This document shows, in pieces, positions 37,651 through 46,687 of a DNA stretch of 64,000 nt. A program made the translations under genes and the position numbers. The DNA comes from Candidatus Ratteibacteria bacterium (lineage in GTDB: Bacteria > CAZDME01 > JAYEMH01): contig JAYEMH010000039.1 in NCBI GenBank assembly GCA_034717985.1, positions 1,784 to 65,783 of the forward strand, in the 5' to 3' direction. Position 1 is the first letter of the stretch, and every line of letters starts with the position of its first letter. The notes under the pieces were generated by a model. It made no database searches. It saw only the letters and a list, made by a program, of their open reading frames with translations, and was not told the origin of the DNA.

Positions 37651-37747
37651 TTTCACAAATTCTTCTCCCTTTTTTAATCCATAGACCATAAAAAAGTCCA
37701 TAGTCCTCAGACCATAGTCCATAGAAAAAAAACAAAAAATCTATCCA

Positions 37748-38473
37748 CTATGGACTGCTTTTTATTTCTCCCTTCTCTTCTCCCTTCACTTCCTTCCCTT
37801 TTACCTCTTGCCCCTCTTCTTCTACTTCTTCCTTCTTTTCTTTCTTAATCAATTCCGGTTCGGTAACTTCTTCCTCTGGCGGCTTTTCTTCTTCAACCTC
37901 TTCTTTTTTCGGGGGAACAACAGAGATTATTGCTTGTTCCAGATCAATTAAAATTTTGACCTTGGGAGGCAGGAATAAATCTTTTACCTGAATAGAATCT
38001 CCAATCATTAATTTGGAAACGTCAACTTCGAATTTTTCAGGAATATCCGTTGGCAAACACTCTACCTCTATTTCCCAGAGCACATGGTCTAAAACCCCTT
38101 CCTGCTGAGTTACCCCTGGAGACTCTCCTTTGACCTGCACCGGAATTTTAGCCGTAATCGCTTTATCAACGGTAAATTGGTAAAAATCTACATGGAGAAT
38201 TTTCTCCGTAATCGGGTCGTGCTGCACCTCTTTTATAAACACTTGTTTAGCTGGCCGCTTTTTCCCATCCGGTGTAATGTGTATATTAACAATTGCGTTT
38301 TCTCCGTAATCAGAGTGTAAAATCGCTTTAAACTCTTTCTCGTCAATATCAATGATAATGTTCTCTTTTTTCCCATAGATCACTGCCGGAACGAGCCCTT
38401 TTTTTCGTAAACGGCGGGAAACACCTGTTCCTCTTTCTTCCCGGGAATGTGCGGTCATAACAATTTCCTTCAT
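37748..38473 (-). CDS. rplY: 50S ribosomal protein L25/general stress protein Ctc
   Basis: RKKGLVPAVIYG L25 N-domain plus C-terminal charged extension. Confidence 0.85.
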   Translation of the reverse strand: MKEIVMTAHSREERGTGVSRRLRKKGLVPAVIYGKKENIIIDIDEKEFKAILHSDYGENAIVNIHITPDGKKRPAKQVFIKEVQHDPITEKILHVDFYQFTVDKAITAKIPVQVKGESPGVTQQEGVLDHVLWEIEVECLPTDIPEKFEVDVSKLMIGDSIQVKDLFLPPKVKILIDLEQAIISVVPPKKEEVEEEKPPEEEVTEPELIKKEKKEEVEEEGQEVKGKEVKGEEKGEIKSSP

Positions 38474-38533
38474 TTGACTTCTCCTTTTTTACGGGAAACG
38501 ATAAACGTATTCCCATCTGCCACAATTACTTAG

Positions 38534-39478
38534 TTAAACAAACAACGAACTTACCGAGCTTCCTTCATGAATTCTTTTAATCGCCTCTCCCAGAAGGTTG
38601 GCAACTGATAATACCTCAATTTTACGGCATTCTTTTGCTTCTTCTTTTAACGAAATGGTATTGGAAACCACCATCTTTTTCAAATTAGACTTTTCTATCC
38701 TTCTCAGCGCTAAACCAGAAAGAACCGCGTGTGAACATCCGGCGTAAACCTCCTTTGCCCCTTGTTTTTCAACTGCTTCCGCCGCTTTGATTAAAGTGTC
38801 AGCCGTATCCACCATATCGTCAAGAATTAAAGCTGTCTTTCCCTCTATCTCACCAATGACGTTCATCACTTCACTAATATTGGCCCGGGGGCGGCGTTTA
38901 TCAATCAGTGCCAAGCCAAAATTCATCCTGGCGGCAAAAGCCCGCGCCCGCTTGGCGCTTCCCATATCTGGTGAAACCACTACCGCGTTATCCAATTTTA
39001 TCCGCTTAAAGTAATCAATAAAAATGGGAGCGGCAAAAAGATGATCAACCGGAATATCAAAAAAACCTTGAATCTGACCCGAATGGAGATCAATAGTGAG
39101 AATACGGTTGGCCCCGGCCCGGGTAATTAAATCTGCGGCCAATTTCGCCGTAATCGGAACGCGGGGCTGATCTTTACGATCCTGACGGGCATAGCCAAAA
39201 TAGGGAATAACCGCCGTAATTCTATCAGCCGATGCCCGTTTAAAAGCATCAAGCATAATTAAAAGTTCCATAAAGGTATGATTAACCGGCCGTGAAGTCG
39301 ATTGAACAACAAATATATCCATACCGCGGACATTTTCCTCAATCTTAACCGAAATTTCCGCATCGCTAAATTGTCCGACAGAAATCCGGCCTGGATCTAA
39401 TCCCAGGTATTTAACGATTTCTTTAACCAGGTTCGGATTTGAATTGCCCGCGAAAATTTTTAATGCCCCATTATGCAT
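38534..39478 (-). CDS. prs: ribose-phosphate pyrophosphokinase
   Basis: Full-length PRPP synthetase with PRPP-binding DDMVDTADT motif. Confidence 0.9.
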   Translation of the reverse strand: MHNGALKIFAGNSNPNLVKEIVKYLGLDPGRISVGQFSDAEISVKIEENVRGMDIFVVQSTSRPVNHTFMELLIMLDAFKRASADRITAVIPYFGYARQDRKDQPRVPITAKLAADLITRAGANRILTIDLHSGQIQGFFDIPVDHLFAAPIFIDYFKRIKLDNAVVVSPDMGSAKRARAFAARMNFGLALIDKRRPRANISEVMNVIGEIEGKTALILDDMVDTADTLIKAAEAVEKQGAKEVYAGCSHAVLSGLALRRIEKSNLKKMVVSNTISLKEEAKECRKIEVLSVANLLGEAIKRIHEGSSVSSLFV

Positions 39479-40806
39479 TATTTTCTCCTTTTGGTTAGGG
39501 GCTGCTGGTTTTTTTCAGCAAACCCTGGATATATTCCCTTCTTTACTTTTACCGGCCCTGAAATATTAGCATGGCTGCCGATGATAACATCTTTTTCAAT
39601 TAAAGTTTTTAGTTTTGTTCCGGCATCTAAATTAGAAATAATGGTGCCGGCTCCAATTTCCACATTGCCCTTCAGAAGACAATCGCTGATATAAGAAAAA
39701 TGACGAATCCGTGAGCCCCGTCCGATGCGGCTATTATTAATTTCTACCAGGTTTTCAACAATAGAGCCATCCTCAACAAAACTCCGGCCTCTGACATGCG
39801 AAAACGGACCGATGGAAACCCGGGCTTTTATTTCGCTTTCTTCAATAATTGACATCAAAATTTTAACCTGATTACCTATTTTTGCATCTTTGATATGCGA
39901 TTGAGGTCCAATCTGGCATCCATGGCCGATTGAAGTTTTCCCGCGAATAAAAGTGAAAGGATAAATGGTAGTGTCCATACCGATCGTTACCCCGCTGTCA
40001 ATAAAGGTATTATCAGGGTCGATGATAGTTATTCCTCTTTCCATTAGTTGATCCAGAATCCGGTAGCGTAAAACACGTTGAGCCTGAGTGAGTTGTTTAC
40101 GGGTATTAACTCCCAGAACTTCCGTTGAATCCAGAATAGCTAATCGCTCCACCGGCAAACCCTGCGCGACTAAAATTTCAATTACATCGGTCAAATAATA
40201 TTCCTCCTGTTTATTATGGGAGGTAACTTTTTTTAAGGCTTTAAAAAGAGTGCGGCTGTCAAAACAATAGGTACCGGCATTAATCTCTTTTATCTTAGCT
40301 TCACCCGGAGCCAGGTCTTTATCTTCGACAATTTTTTCAATCCTCTCTTCGCTATCCAGGATTATCCGGCCATACCCGGTAGGATTAGAAATCTCGGTGG
40401 TCAAAACGGTAGCTGCCGCCCGTTTTGCTTTATGTTTTTTTATCAGCCTTCGTAAAGTTTGAACAGTCAAAAGCGGCGTGTCGCCGCAAAGAACCAGTAT
40501 TACCCCGGAAAAATTTTTAAGCCGGGAAGCTGTCTGTAAGACAGCGTGGCCTGTGCCCAGGCGTCTTTTTTGTATTATAAAATCAACCGAACTGTTTCTC
40601 TGAAGCACTTTTTGGGCCGGGGCCTTTCCCTCTTCGCTGACAATGACTAAATTCCTCTTTAAAGGAATCTTCTCCAGGGTTTCGATTATATACTTGATCA
40701 TCGGTTTCCCGACTACTTCGTGAATGATTTTTTGGAAGTTCGATTTAATCCGGGTGCTATGCCCGGCGGCTAAAATAATACCTATTACATTTTCCATCTT
40801 TTTCAC
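39478..40806 (-). CDS. glmU: bifunctional UDP-GlcNAc pyrophosphorylase / GlcN-1-P acetyltransferase
   Basis: N-terminal ILAAGHSTRIKS NTP-transferase motif, C-terminal left-handed beta-helix hexapeptide repeats. Confidence 0.9.
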   Translation of the reverse strand: MKKMENVIGIILAAGHSTRIKSNFQKIIHEVVGKPMIKYIIETLEKIPLKRNLVIVSEEGKAPAQKVLQRNSSVDFIIQKRRLGTGHAVLQTASRLKNFSGVILVLCGDTPLLTVQTLRRLIKKHKAKRAAATVLTTEISNPTGYGRIILDSEERIEKIVEDKDLAPGEAKIKEINAGTYCFDSRTLFKALKKVTSHNKQEEYYLTDVIEILVAQGLPVERLAILDSTEVLGVNTRKQLTQAQRVLRYRILDQLMERGITIIDPDNTFIDSGVTIGMDTTIYPFTFIRGKTSIGHGCQIGPQSHIKDAKIGNQVKILMSIIEESEIKARVSIGPFSHVRGRSFVEDGSIVENLVEINNSRIGRGSRIRHFSYISDCLLKGNVEIGAGTIISNLDAGTKLKTLIEKDVIIGSHANISGPVKVKKGIYPGFAEKNQQPLTKRRK

Positions 40807-40833
40807 CTGTAAAAAAAATTAATTATTAAAAAA

Positions 40834-41253
40834 TCATGTTGAACTACCAAACGATTTGGACTTCTCTCTTTCATAAACTTCCATTACCTTTTTTTGAACA
40901 TAGTCCCTTGTTTCAACAGAAATAGGATGGGCAATATCCTTATGTGTATCCTGACGCGCTTCCCTTTCACCTCTTTCTGTATGAATAATTTCTCTTCGGG
41001 GTGCCGGCTCTATAGCGCTTCCACAATCATTGCAAAACTTGCTTCCGATTACATTCGGATGTCCGCATTTGGAGCATGCCTGGCGAAGTTTACGACTGGG
41101 CATAGCGACAAATAATCCTTTCTTGCCCTCGATAATCTTCAGGTCCCGCACGATAAAACAGTTGTCCATGGTGATACTCGCATAAGCTCTCAGTTTTCCC
41201 TCTTTAGAGTTCCTCATAAACACTTTGACTTCTGTAATCTCCACGGTCATCAC
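40834..41253 (-). CDS. spoVG: SpoVG-family protein with C-terminal zinc-ribbon extension
   Basis: TVEITEVKVFMRNSKEGKLRAYASITMDNCFIVRDLKIIEGKKGLFVAMPSRK SpoVG core, then CSKCGH...CNDCG ribbon. Confidence 0.8.
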   Translation of the reverse strand: MMTVEITEVKVFMRNSKEGKLRAYASITMDNCFIVRDLKIIEGKKGLFVAMPSRKLRQACSKCGHPNVIGSKFCNDCGSAIEPAPRREIIHTERGEREARQDTHKDIAHPISVETRDYVQKKVMEVYEREKSKSFGSST

Positions 41254-41309
41254 TCCCTTCTTGCGTTGTTCAACCTTCTAAGTTGCGCTTTTAACCAGAA
41301 TACCTCTTA

Positions 41310-42179
41310 TTACGCCCCAAAAAAACTTTTTACGATGCGCACCTCCTTTCGTAATTTAAGTTTATTGATAAAATATTCCGCCTGGCGAATGTTTTTCACC
41401 GGGGCAAATAGCGCCGAACCGCTTCCGCAAAGATTCACCGGGTCTAACCCGGCTTGAGACAGACTCCGGCAATAACCTAAAATATCCGGCCTGATTTTAA
41501 AAACTGTTTTTTCTAAACCATTGTAGAGAGAAACTTTCAGCCGCTTCAGGTTTCCACTCTCTAAAGCGCCGGTTAACTGCCTGATTTTCTCCATATGCTT
41601 TTTCCGCCCGATCTTTTTATCGGGAGAGAAGGCCTGATAAACCTTGGCCGTAGATAACGGCCGGACCGGGGGAAATAACAGAAAATAGAAGGACTTCCTG
41701 CCCTTTAAAGCGTTAATTTTTTCTCCCCTCCCACGGGCCCAGGCGGTATTACCTTCAATAAAAAAAGGCACATCACTTCCCAGCTCTTTCGCCCACTTGA
41801 CTAATTCTTTCCGGCTCAGTTTGAGATTCCATAATTTATTCATGCCCCGAAGCACGGCCGCGGCATCACTACTGCCTCCGCCTAAACCCGCCCCAACGGG
41901 GATGTTCTTCTTTAAGTTAATGAATATTCCTTTTTTAAGCCCCGTCCGCCGAAAAAACAGTCTGGCCGCCCGATAAGCTAAATTACTCTTTCCTTTTGGA
42001 ATTTGAGAATGGCTGGAGGAAATTTTGATTCCACTTGGTCTTTCTTTTAACTCAATCTCATCAAAGAAATTCACCGTCTGCATTACTGTTTCTATATTGT
42101 GAAATCCGTCTTTCCTTTTTCCAAATACCGCCAAATACAAATTAATTTTGGCCGGGGCTTTAACCTTTATCTCCTTCAT
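41310..42179 (-). CDS. ispE: 4-diphosphocytidyl-2-C-methyl-D-erythritol kinase
   Basis: APAKINLYLAV and PVGAGLGGGSSDAAA GHMP kinase motifs. Confidence 0.85.
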   Translation of the reverse strand: MKEIKVKAPAKINLYLAVFGKRKDGFHNIETVMQTVNFFDEIELKERPSGIKISSSHSQIPKGKSNLAYRAARLFFRRTGLKKGIFINLKKNIPVGAGLGGGSSDAAAVLRGMNKLWNLKLSRKELVKWAKELGSDVPFFIEGNTAWARGRGEKINALKGRKSFYFLLFPPVRPLSTAKVYQAFSPDKKIGRKKHMEKIRQLTGALESGNLKRLKVSLYNGLEKTVFKIRPDILGYCRSLSQAGLDPVNLCGSGSALFAPVKNIRQAEYFINKLKLRKEVRIVKSFFGA

Positions 42180-42184
42180 TTTAA

Positions 42185-43978
42185 TTAATCCACAGGGATA
42201 GACCTTCGTAATCCTTCTAAACGAAGGGTCTTATTTAAAACCGCTTTGTTTTCCGGATCCAGACTCAAAGATTTCTCCCAGGCATCCCGGGCTTTCTTCC
42301 ATTTTCGTTTCTTATGATAAACATCACCCAGATGCTCAAATATGACCGGGTCTTCCTGAAGGATAACGGCCCGCTTTAACTCTTTTAAAGCTGAATCCAG
42401 CATACCCTTTTTATAATGCGTCCAGGCTAAAGTATCCAGATAGGCGCCATTTTTCGGCTCAAAGGATAAAGCCTTATTCGCCAACTCCACCGCTTCATCC
42501 AGATGAATACCTCTTTCGGCATACATATAGGCCAGGTAATTGTAGGCGGCGGCAAATTCTGGATTTAGTCGTATCGCCTCCTGAAATTCATATATGGCCA
42601 GGGGTAAATCGCCAATCTGTTCATAAACAATAGCCAGATAAAAATGGCTCGCCTCATCATCGGGAGAAAGACTAATTGCCCGTCTAAAAAAATCCGCCGC
42701 CTGCTCTATCTCTTTCAATTTTAAAGAGGCAAACCCCTGAATAAAATATATGCTTCTATCCCAAATTTCTTTTCCCTCCAGTAAATCAAGGGCCTTTTGG
42801 AATTTATCTTCCTGCAAATAAATATAGGCCAGCTTTGTATGCGCTTTTGCATCATCCGGCTTTAAAGCAATAACATCTTGATAGGCCTTGATTGCCTCAG
42901 GCCGCCGATTCATCTCTTGATAAAGATGGGCAATGACGGTTTTTGCCCCAATATTTTTGGGGTCTATTTGAAGAATCTTTTGAAAAATTTCCAGCGCTTG
43001 TTCTTTCTTTTCCAGCTGGTAAAAAAACAGTCCGGCAATATTTAAAGCCCGGATATTCAAGGGAGCTAACTCTAAAATAACCTGATAACACTCAATGGCC
43101 TTATCGTATTGCTTTAATTCGGTATAAGCCCGGGCTAAACGATAGTTGAGGCTGATACTGTTTGATTGGGCTTTGAGCAGTTTTTCATAAACCCTGACGG
43201 CCGAGGACCACTTCCCCTGCAACTCATAAATCGTCCCTAAAGCATAGCCTATTTTTTGATCGTCAGGAAAAAGTAACCGCGCCCGCTCTAAAAGCCTGGC
43301 CGCCTTTTTCTTTTTTCCATCCAAGCTTAAAATCATCGCCATCTGAATATAGCTTTGCTTATTTTCGGGTTTAAATTTACTCAGTTTTTCTAAAACCTGA
43401 AAGGCTTGAGAATAGTTTTCCTGTTGAACATAAAGCGCGGCCAAAGCAAAGTATGAATCCTCGAATTCCGGATTAAGGTCAATGACATTTCTATAATAAG
43501 CTGCGGCCTGCGCGCTTTTGCCTTGAACCGCAAAAAGGAGGGCTAAATACTTATAGGGGGCGGGATTCTGCGGAGCAAGTTTTAGAAGAATCCGGAATTC
43601 CTTTTCTGCCTGACTGAATGCTCCGGCCTTAAAATAAGCAATGCCTAAAGACTGACGGATGCTGAAAGAGCCGGATTCCACATCTACTGCCTTCTGGAAT
43701 TCTTTTATCGCTTCCTTGAGCTTTCCCTGACGCTCAAGGAGCAGCCCGGTGGTATAGTGAGCTATTGTTTCCGAATTCCAGCTCGTTTGCTCATCAGTCC
43801 CGTTAGAGAATTCTTTGCTAACGGGAAGGCTTGCCGGCTTCATCCCGATTTCTCCTTTAGGAAGACTAGCGCAGCCGGCGAGTATCACACTAAAAAAAAC
43901 TATAAGATGAAAGCTTGCAGCCTTTATCAATCTACCTGTACCCATTAGTATCCAAAACCTTAAAGTTTTCTGAAACAA
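42185..43978 (-). CDS. TPR-repeat lipoprotein
   Basis: Lipobox LAGC, >12 tetratricopeptide repeats. Confidence 0.6.
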   Translation of the reverse strand: MFQKTLRFWILMGTGRLIKAASFHLIVFFSVILAGCASLPKGEIGMKPASLPVSKEFSNGTDEQTSWNSETIAHYTTGLLLERQGKLKEAIKEFQKAVDVESGSFSIRQSLGIAYFKAGAFSQAEKEFRILLKLAPQNPAPYKYLALLFAVQGKSAQAAAYYRNVIDLNPEFEDSYFALAALYVQQENYSQAFQVLEKLSKFKPENKQSYIQMAMILSLDGKKKKAARLLERARLLFPDDQKIGYALGTIYELQGKWSSAVRVYEKLLKAQSNSISLNYRLARAYTELKQYDKAIECYQVILELAPLNIRALNIAGLFFYQLEKKEQALEIFQKILQIDPKNIGAKTVIAHLYQEMNRRPEAIKAYQDVIALKPDDAKAHTKLAYIYLQEDKFQKALDLLEGKEIWDRSIYFIQGFASLKLKEIEQAADFFRRAISLSPDDEASHFYLAIVYEQIGDLPLAIYEFQEAIRLNPEFAAAYNYLAYMYAERGIHLDEAVELANKALSFEPKNGAYLDTLAWTHYKKGMLDSALKELKRAVILQEDPVIFEHLGDVYHKKRKWKKARDAWEKSLSLDPENKAVLNKTLRLEGLRRSIPVD

Positions 43979-43996
43979 GCAATGTTAAAAACGATA

Positions 43997-44092
43997 TTAT
44001 CTTTTCTTCTTCTTATGCCGGTCTCTTCTCAGTCTCTTCTTCCTTTTGTGTTTAGCAATCTTGCGCTTTTTTCTTTTTTTCCCACAGGGCAC
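43997..44092 (-). CDS. 31-aa lysine/arginine-rich peptide, candidate ribosomal protein bS22-like (not in ORF track)
   Basis: Own translation from GTG: MPCGKKRKKRKIAKHKRKKRLRRDRHKKKKR, preceded by SD AGGGGGTG and in-frame TGA; resembles the ~33-aa KKRRKRMxKKKHRKLL bS22 pattern. Confidence 0.35.
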   Translation of the reverse strand: MPCGKKRKKRKIAKHKRKKRLRRDRHKKKKR

Positions 44093-44173
44093 TATTTTTC
44101 ACCCCCCTTTAATTTTTATTTTCTAACTAAGGGAAACGGTAAACGTAAGAAGGTAGATGGTCGTTTAAGCAAT

Positions 44174-45043
44174 TTAGTAAATAACTTTATTCAGCGGGTA
44201 CTCAATAATTCCCTCCGCACCCGCCTTCTTCAGCTCAGGAATTAAACGACGCACCTCAATTTCGTCTATGACCGTCTCCAGAGCATACCATCCTTTTCCA
44301 CTTAGACGGGAAACAGTCGGCTGGCGCAAGGCGGAAATTATCGCCAGAACCTTATCGAGAGAAACCTCAGGAACGTTCATCTTTAATCCTGCTTTTCCCT
44401 TAGCCAGAAGCGCTCCTTTAATGAGTAACGATAAATTTTCGATTTTTTCCCTTTTCCAATTATCTTTCCAGGCTTCCCGATTGGCAATTAATTTGGTCGT
44501 CGACTCAGCTACCACCCCTATAATTTTTAGATTGTGCTCGGCCAGGCTCCTGCCGGTTTCGGTCAGCTCAACAATCGCATCAACCAGCTCCGGGGTTTTC
44601 ATCTCGGTCGCACCCCAGGAAAATTCCACCTCGGCTTTAACCTTTTTTTTGCGCAAGAACTCTTTGGTAACGTTAACCAGTTCAGTGGCAATTCGCTTCC
44701 CCTCTAAATCCTGAACACTTTTTATCCGGGAATCCCGGGGAACAGCCAAAACCCATTTTACCGGAATAAAACCTTGCTTGGCATAAACTAAATCAGCCGC
44801 TTCTACTATCTTGGCCAGGCTATCCATTATCCAATCTTTACCGGTTATTCCGGCATCAATAACCCCTTCTTCTACATAGCGGGGAATTTCCTGGGCACGA
44901 ATAAGGATAGGTTCGATTTCCCGGTCATCTATGGCCGGGAAATAGGAACGGGAACCCACGGAAATGTTGAATCCGGCCTTTTTCAATAATCTAAAAGTTG
45001 ATTCTTGCAAGCTGCCTTTGGGCAATCCTAATTTTATTTTCAT
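44174..45043 (-). CDS. hisG: ATP phosphoribosyltransferase, long form
   Basis: [13 protein letters not shown]-terminus, C-terminal regulatory domain; start set at internal Met. Confidence 0.85.
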   Translation of the reverse strand: MKIKLGLPKGSLQESTFRLLKKAGFNISVGSRSYFPAIDDREIEPILIRAQEIPRYVEEGVIDAGITGKDWIMDSLAKIVEAADLVYAKQGFIPVKWVLAVPRDSRIKSVQDLEGKRIATELVNVTKEFLRKKKVKAEVEFSWGATEMKTPELVDAIVELTETGRSLAEHNLKIIGVVAESTTKLIANREAWKDNWKREKIENLSLLIKGALLAKGKAGLKMNVPEVSLDKVLAIISALRQPTVSRLSGKGWYALETVIDEIEVRRLIPELKKAGAEGIIEYPLNKVIY

Positions 45044-45217
45044 TTTTCTCCCTGCTCTGCATCCCATTCTTTAATCCGTTTGCTTTTCTTCCGCGAATAA
45101 ATCCTGACACTGGGCTTTATCCGGGTGAGCGGATTTATCAACCACTTCTTTCTTGCTTTAACTGTTTTTTTTTTGGCTTTTTCACCTGAGTCCAACAACT
45201 TAATTCAATCTTAAGAA

Positions 45218-45769
45218 TTATTGCTTCTGCATGCTTTGAATGAAAATCCGTCGGGCAAATTCCTTGAATTTAGGCTCCATTTTATTCAGGATGTCTTCGG
45301 CCTCATCCGGACTCAAAGAAAACTTATCAGGCAAAATCTTCTTAAAACGCCGCCGTAATTTCACCGCAATAATATGCGGATTCTCGTTTTCAAACTCCTG
45401 GCGGTCAATCTCCATAACATCTCCGATTGTATATATCCCCTTTTGATTATCAAAGGACAAATCAAGATTTTCAGATATTTTTAAAACCTTATTAAAAGAC
45501 CGCCCGGAGGAAATTGCCTTTTTGTCCCCTGAAAATTCGATCTTCTCCTTGGATTCTTCAGTCTTTGGTCGTGTCGCCTTTCTCCGGACATAAGGATTGG
45601 CTTTTATGAGGCTATTTATATCCTCCTTCCGAAAGCGGAGATTTCCCCCTATTTTATAAGCGGTAAGTCTGCCGCTTCGGAGGAAATTATAAATCTGGCT
45701 GCGGCTAATCTTTAAAATCCTTTCGACTTCTTTTCTGGTAAGCAGCTCTTCTATACTTGTATTAGGCAT
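45218..45769 (-). CDS. HTH_17 (excisionase/MerR-type) DNA-binding protein with ~120-aa C-terminal extension
   Basis: TRKEVERILKISRSQIYNFLRSGRLTAYKIGGNLRFRKEDI HTH; paralogous to the small ORF at 11096..11266. Confidence 0.5.
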   Translation of the reverse strand: MPNTSIEELLTRKEVERILKISRSQIYNFLRSGRLTAYKIGGNLRFRKEDINSLIKANPYVRRKATRPKTEESKEKIEFSGDKKAISSGRSFNKVLKISENLDLSFDNQKGIYTIGDVMEIDRQEFENENPHIIAVKLRRRFKKILPDKFSLSPDEAEDILNKMEPKFKEFARRIFIQSMQKQ

Positions 45770-46009
45770 ATATCAGCATAGCAATAGGGTATATATATAG
45801 CGCTCTGTCAAATAAATAAGGGGTGCATAGTTCACAGATGGGCACAGATGAGAAGAAACAGATGATCTCAGATATTTCCAACGATATCTGTGCTAATCTT
45901 GCATCTTTTAATCTGTGCTAATCTGTGCTTTAATCATACCTTTATTTTGTTTACAAGGCAATATAGTATGCGGGGATATTAACAATTTTTTTTCTTTTTG
46001 TCAAGAATT

Positions 46010-46070
46010 TTCCTAATGCCCCCTATTCGACAGGATTAACAGGATGTTTTATCATCTTCTTTAAATCGCT
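46010..46070 (-). pseudogene. diverged duplicate of the RND-pump gene 3' end (encodes ...KHPVNPVE* vs genuine ...DHINPVE*)
   Basis: 19-bp exact repeat CCCTATTCGACAGGATTAA at 46022-46040 and 46690-46708 with extended ~65% similarity on both sides. Confidence 0.6.
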
Positions 46071-46152
46071 CAAAATTCATACCTTCCACAAACTTTTCTA
46101 TACTTTCCATAGAGCCCGGAATATCTTGCAAATAAAGTTTATTGTTTCTCAT
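46036..46152 (-). pseudogene. hepT: truncated hepT (DUF86) N-terminal fragment, 38 codons
   Basis: Own translation MRNNKLYLQDIPGSMESIEKFVEGMNFERFKEDDKTSC* aligns to HepT N-termini (e.g. 36391..36735: [21 protein letters not shown]); ATGA overlap with mntA stop; reading frame runs into the duplicated pump-3' sequence. Confidence 0.5.
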
Positions 46153-46442
46153 AAATAGGCTGCCTCTTTCAGAATAGATTTTTTCAACTCTTCTCTTAAG
46201 GCTCTCTCTGGTACCACATCTACCTTCTGATTGAGTTTTTCTTCAAGGAATAAAGCCAGCCCCAAAAAATCAAAAAGGTCTGCATTTTCTTCAAATTCCA
46301 CAAGGATATCAATGTCACTACCCTTTTTTTGCTCTCCCTTTATAAATGAGCCGAAAAGCCCCAACCTTTTCACTTTATATTTCTTCATGATTTCTTCCCT
46401 TACCTGCTCAAGTAATCTTAGAATTTCTTCTTTTGACATCAT
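46149..46442 (-). CDS. mntA: MntA-type nucleotidyltransferase (orphaned antitoxin)
   Basis: [24 protein letters not shown]; start at internal MMSKEE. Confidence 0.65.
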   Translation of the reverse strand: MMSKEEILRLLEQVREEIMKKYKVKRLGLFGSFIKGEQKKGSDIDILVEFEENADLFDFLGLALFLEEKLNQKVDVVPERALREELKKSILKEAAYL

Positions 46443-46687
46443 CTCTTTGTCTCCGCAACAAAAATTAATCTGGAAATATTCAATTCTTAATGTGATAATC
46501 TGCCTCATTATCCCACAAAAAAAAAGAGAAGTCAATAAAAAAACCCCGTCGTAAAACGGGAGTTTTTTGAAACTTAGCCTCTTTCCAAACTATTTATTTG
46601 TTAAACCCTTTTTCACCTCTTTAAAAATGAATCTCCGTCTTTTAACTTAAACCTCAAGAAAACTTTCAACAGAATTTTCGTAAGGCC

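Noticed and set aside
37651-37722. N-terminal extensions of pth (MDYGLRTMDFFMVYGLKKGEEFVK) and hisG (MGCRAGRK, 45044-45067) in the ORF track
   Set aside because: The extensions are translations of the GTCCATAGTCCATAG repeat or lack conservation. The conserved family N-termini ([19 protein letters not shown]) start at internal Mets.
43982-44245. Plus-strand 87-aa ORF between the TPR gene and hisG
   Set aside because: It has low complexity and overlaps the more plausible minus-strand bS22-like peptide and the hisG 3' end. It is judged spurious.
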